From assembly GCF_009914755.1 (NCBI RefSeq), contig NC_060940.1: a stretch of 64,000 nt of DNA; one strand, given 5' to 3'. Both the position numbers and the translations under genes were made by a program. The notes below the pieces were generated by a model. That model saw nothing but the letters and a program-made list of their open reading frames with translations, ran no database searches and had not been told where the DNA came from. The DNA is from the human T2T-CHM13v2.0 reference genome, Homo sapiens. Below are positions 62,442 through 64,000 of this stretch, in pieces. Within the stretch, counting starts at the first letter, position 1. Each line of letters starts with the position of its first letter.

Positions 62442-63819
62442 ACCCTCCCCCAGCTGCCCACTGTTTTGTGGGGATTGATTGGGCCCATTGAGGCCTGCTG
62501 CCTGGAGTAGCAGCCTTGCCCACAGTCCAGTCTGGGGACCTTTCTCGGCCATCCCCTCCTCCAGCTATCCTCAGTGTTGGTCACTTATGGCTTTTGCTAT
62601 TTATATAGCACAGTGGTTTATAAACTCTGCTTCTAGAATTTCGCAACCCGTCCTGCAGCATGTTATCTGTCCAGGCAGATAGTGGCGATCTTTATCCAAA
62701 TCAAAGGACTGAAATTAAGGGGATGGAATTGTCTGCATTTTATGTTTTCCACCCAACATATTTTGTCATAAACTGGGAACTTGTGTAAGGTGGCATCCAG
62801 TTTAGTTCAATCCTGTATGTAATCATTTCAAGCTTAATAAATTAGTTAATATTTGTTAAACACCTACTGTGTCTTGGGGTTTCTGCGAGATGTGAGATTC
62901 ATTGGCGGACAAACCAGATAGCGTTTTTGCCAAGTCACCGAGATAGTTTCAGGTCCTTGGCCATCATCTTTTTCCACCAACTCCAGGTCAGCTCAGGGGC
63001 CCACCAGGTGGAAGTCGCCCTTCCCTGGCGGACCTCGCCCGTTCCCATTCCTTCTGGCAAAGTCAGATTTGGTGAAAAGGCCACAGCAGCTGGGTGGAGT
63101 TCCACTTGCCAGCTCGAGGAAGAGTTCTGGGAGGCACGGGAAGCCAAAACCGCCTGTGAAGGAGGCCTGGTGCAGCTCAGAAAGCCCTGGCTCTGGCCGA
63201 GGTTTGGGATGTGTGGCTGCCATGGCAACCCGTCTCCCCGACGAAGGGTAGACGGGTTGGGCGCCGAACGCAGGGTGTTGCAGGTTGGGCTCCATTTTGA
63301 CTCTGGTGGAGAACGATCACCTGGCTGCAAAACCAACCTCCCCGCCCAGTACAAGCATCTCCTCTTCCCCCTTGGGCCACGAGGGTGGGGGACTTGAGGC
63401 AGGAGTGGGTTTTTGTAGTGGGATCATTGGGTAATCATCTCCGGCTCTCTGCTGCAGTTGGTGCGCACAGACCCGGCTAGTTTAAGGCCATTGATGGGAC
63501 TCCTGTAGACGCTAAGCGATGGAAACATTGTGCGCATCCAGTACTCGGCGTGCTCTGGATGGGGCTGGAAGATGCCAGGTGGGCTTCTGAAACGAGTGTG
63601 GGGTTCACTCTACCTTTGATCTTTGCCTGCCCGGGTGTCCTCATTCATTTAACTCTTGGCTTCCTTATTCCTCTGTCCTTATCCCCTTCCTAGGAGTGGG
63701 GTCTGCTCAGATATACCCTCTTCCCTGCCTCTTTCCCTCCCTCCCCTCCTGCCTTCCTCCTCCTGCCCCTGAAAACCTCTTTTTTTTTCTGTCCAAGGCT
63801 TTCTTGGGCGAGTTTAGAG

Positions 63820-63935
63820 CAGCAGTTTCCAACTTGAGCTGCGCATTGGAATTACTTGAGGAGCTTAAAAAATGTCCTGATGCCTGACTCCACCCCCAGA
63901 GGTTGAGATTCATTTGCTGTGTATGGGGCTCAGAC
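63820..63935. mobile_element. MER5-like fragment
   Basis: cagcagtttccaacttgagctgcgcattggaattacttgaggagcttaaaaaa...ccacccccagag. Confidence 0.6.
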
Positions 63936-64000
63936 GTCTTATTTTTTATTCCGACATCATTTGCTTGAATAGCTGTGGAGTATTCTATTGCGTATGTATA

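Noticed and set aside
62243-62584. RERKRKRK / poly-Glu / RG-repeat ORFs
   Set aside because: Translations of the (CTCTTC)n tract.

Overview
Primate, human-like genomic DNA. It spans about 23 kb of Alu/L1/LTR-dense upstream sequence, the CpG-island promoter and first coding exon of CMIP (c-Maf-inducing protein, + strand; CDS 24077-24376, phase-0 GTGAGT donor), and about 40 kb of intron 1. The only other gene-derived sequence is a frameshifted PPIA (cyclophilin A) processed pseudogene on the - strand at 54313-55387, with a poly-A tail, a 14-bp TSD and an Alu inserted in its 3'UTR. Almost all other ORFs in the track are artefacts of Alus, microsatellites or GC-rich sequence. No new biological system can be demonstrated from sequence alone. 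The best candidates for undescribed biology are three. (1) A sense-oriented THE1 solo LTR in intron 1 carries a TATA box, a perfect Kozak ATG and a phase-0 GTAAGT donor, so it could be an in-frame alternative first exon. (2) A 5-codon uORF is in frame with CMIP and separated from it by one UAG, followed by a hairpin/G-quadruplex element in the 5'UTR. (3) A complex duplication/inversion about 4-5 kb upstream of the promoter contains a ~125-bp inverted repeat. Repeat family names come from recalled consensus sequences, not from a database search, and repeat boundaries are approximate.
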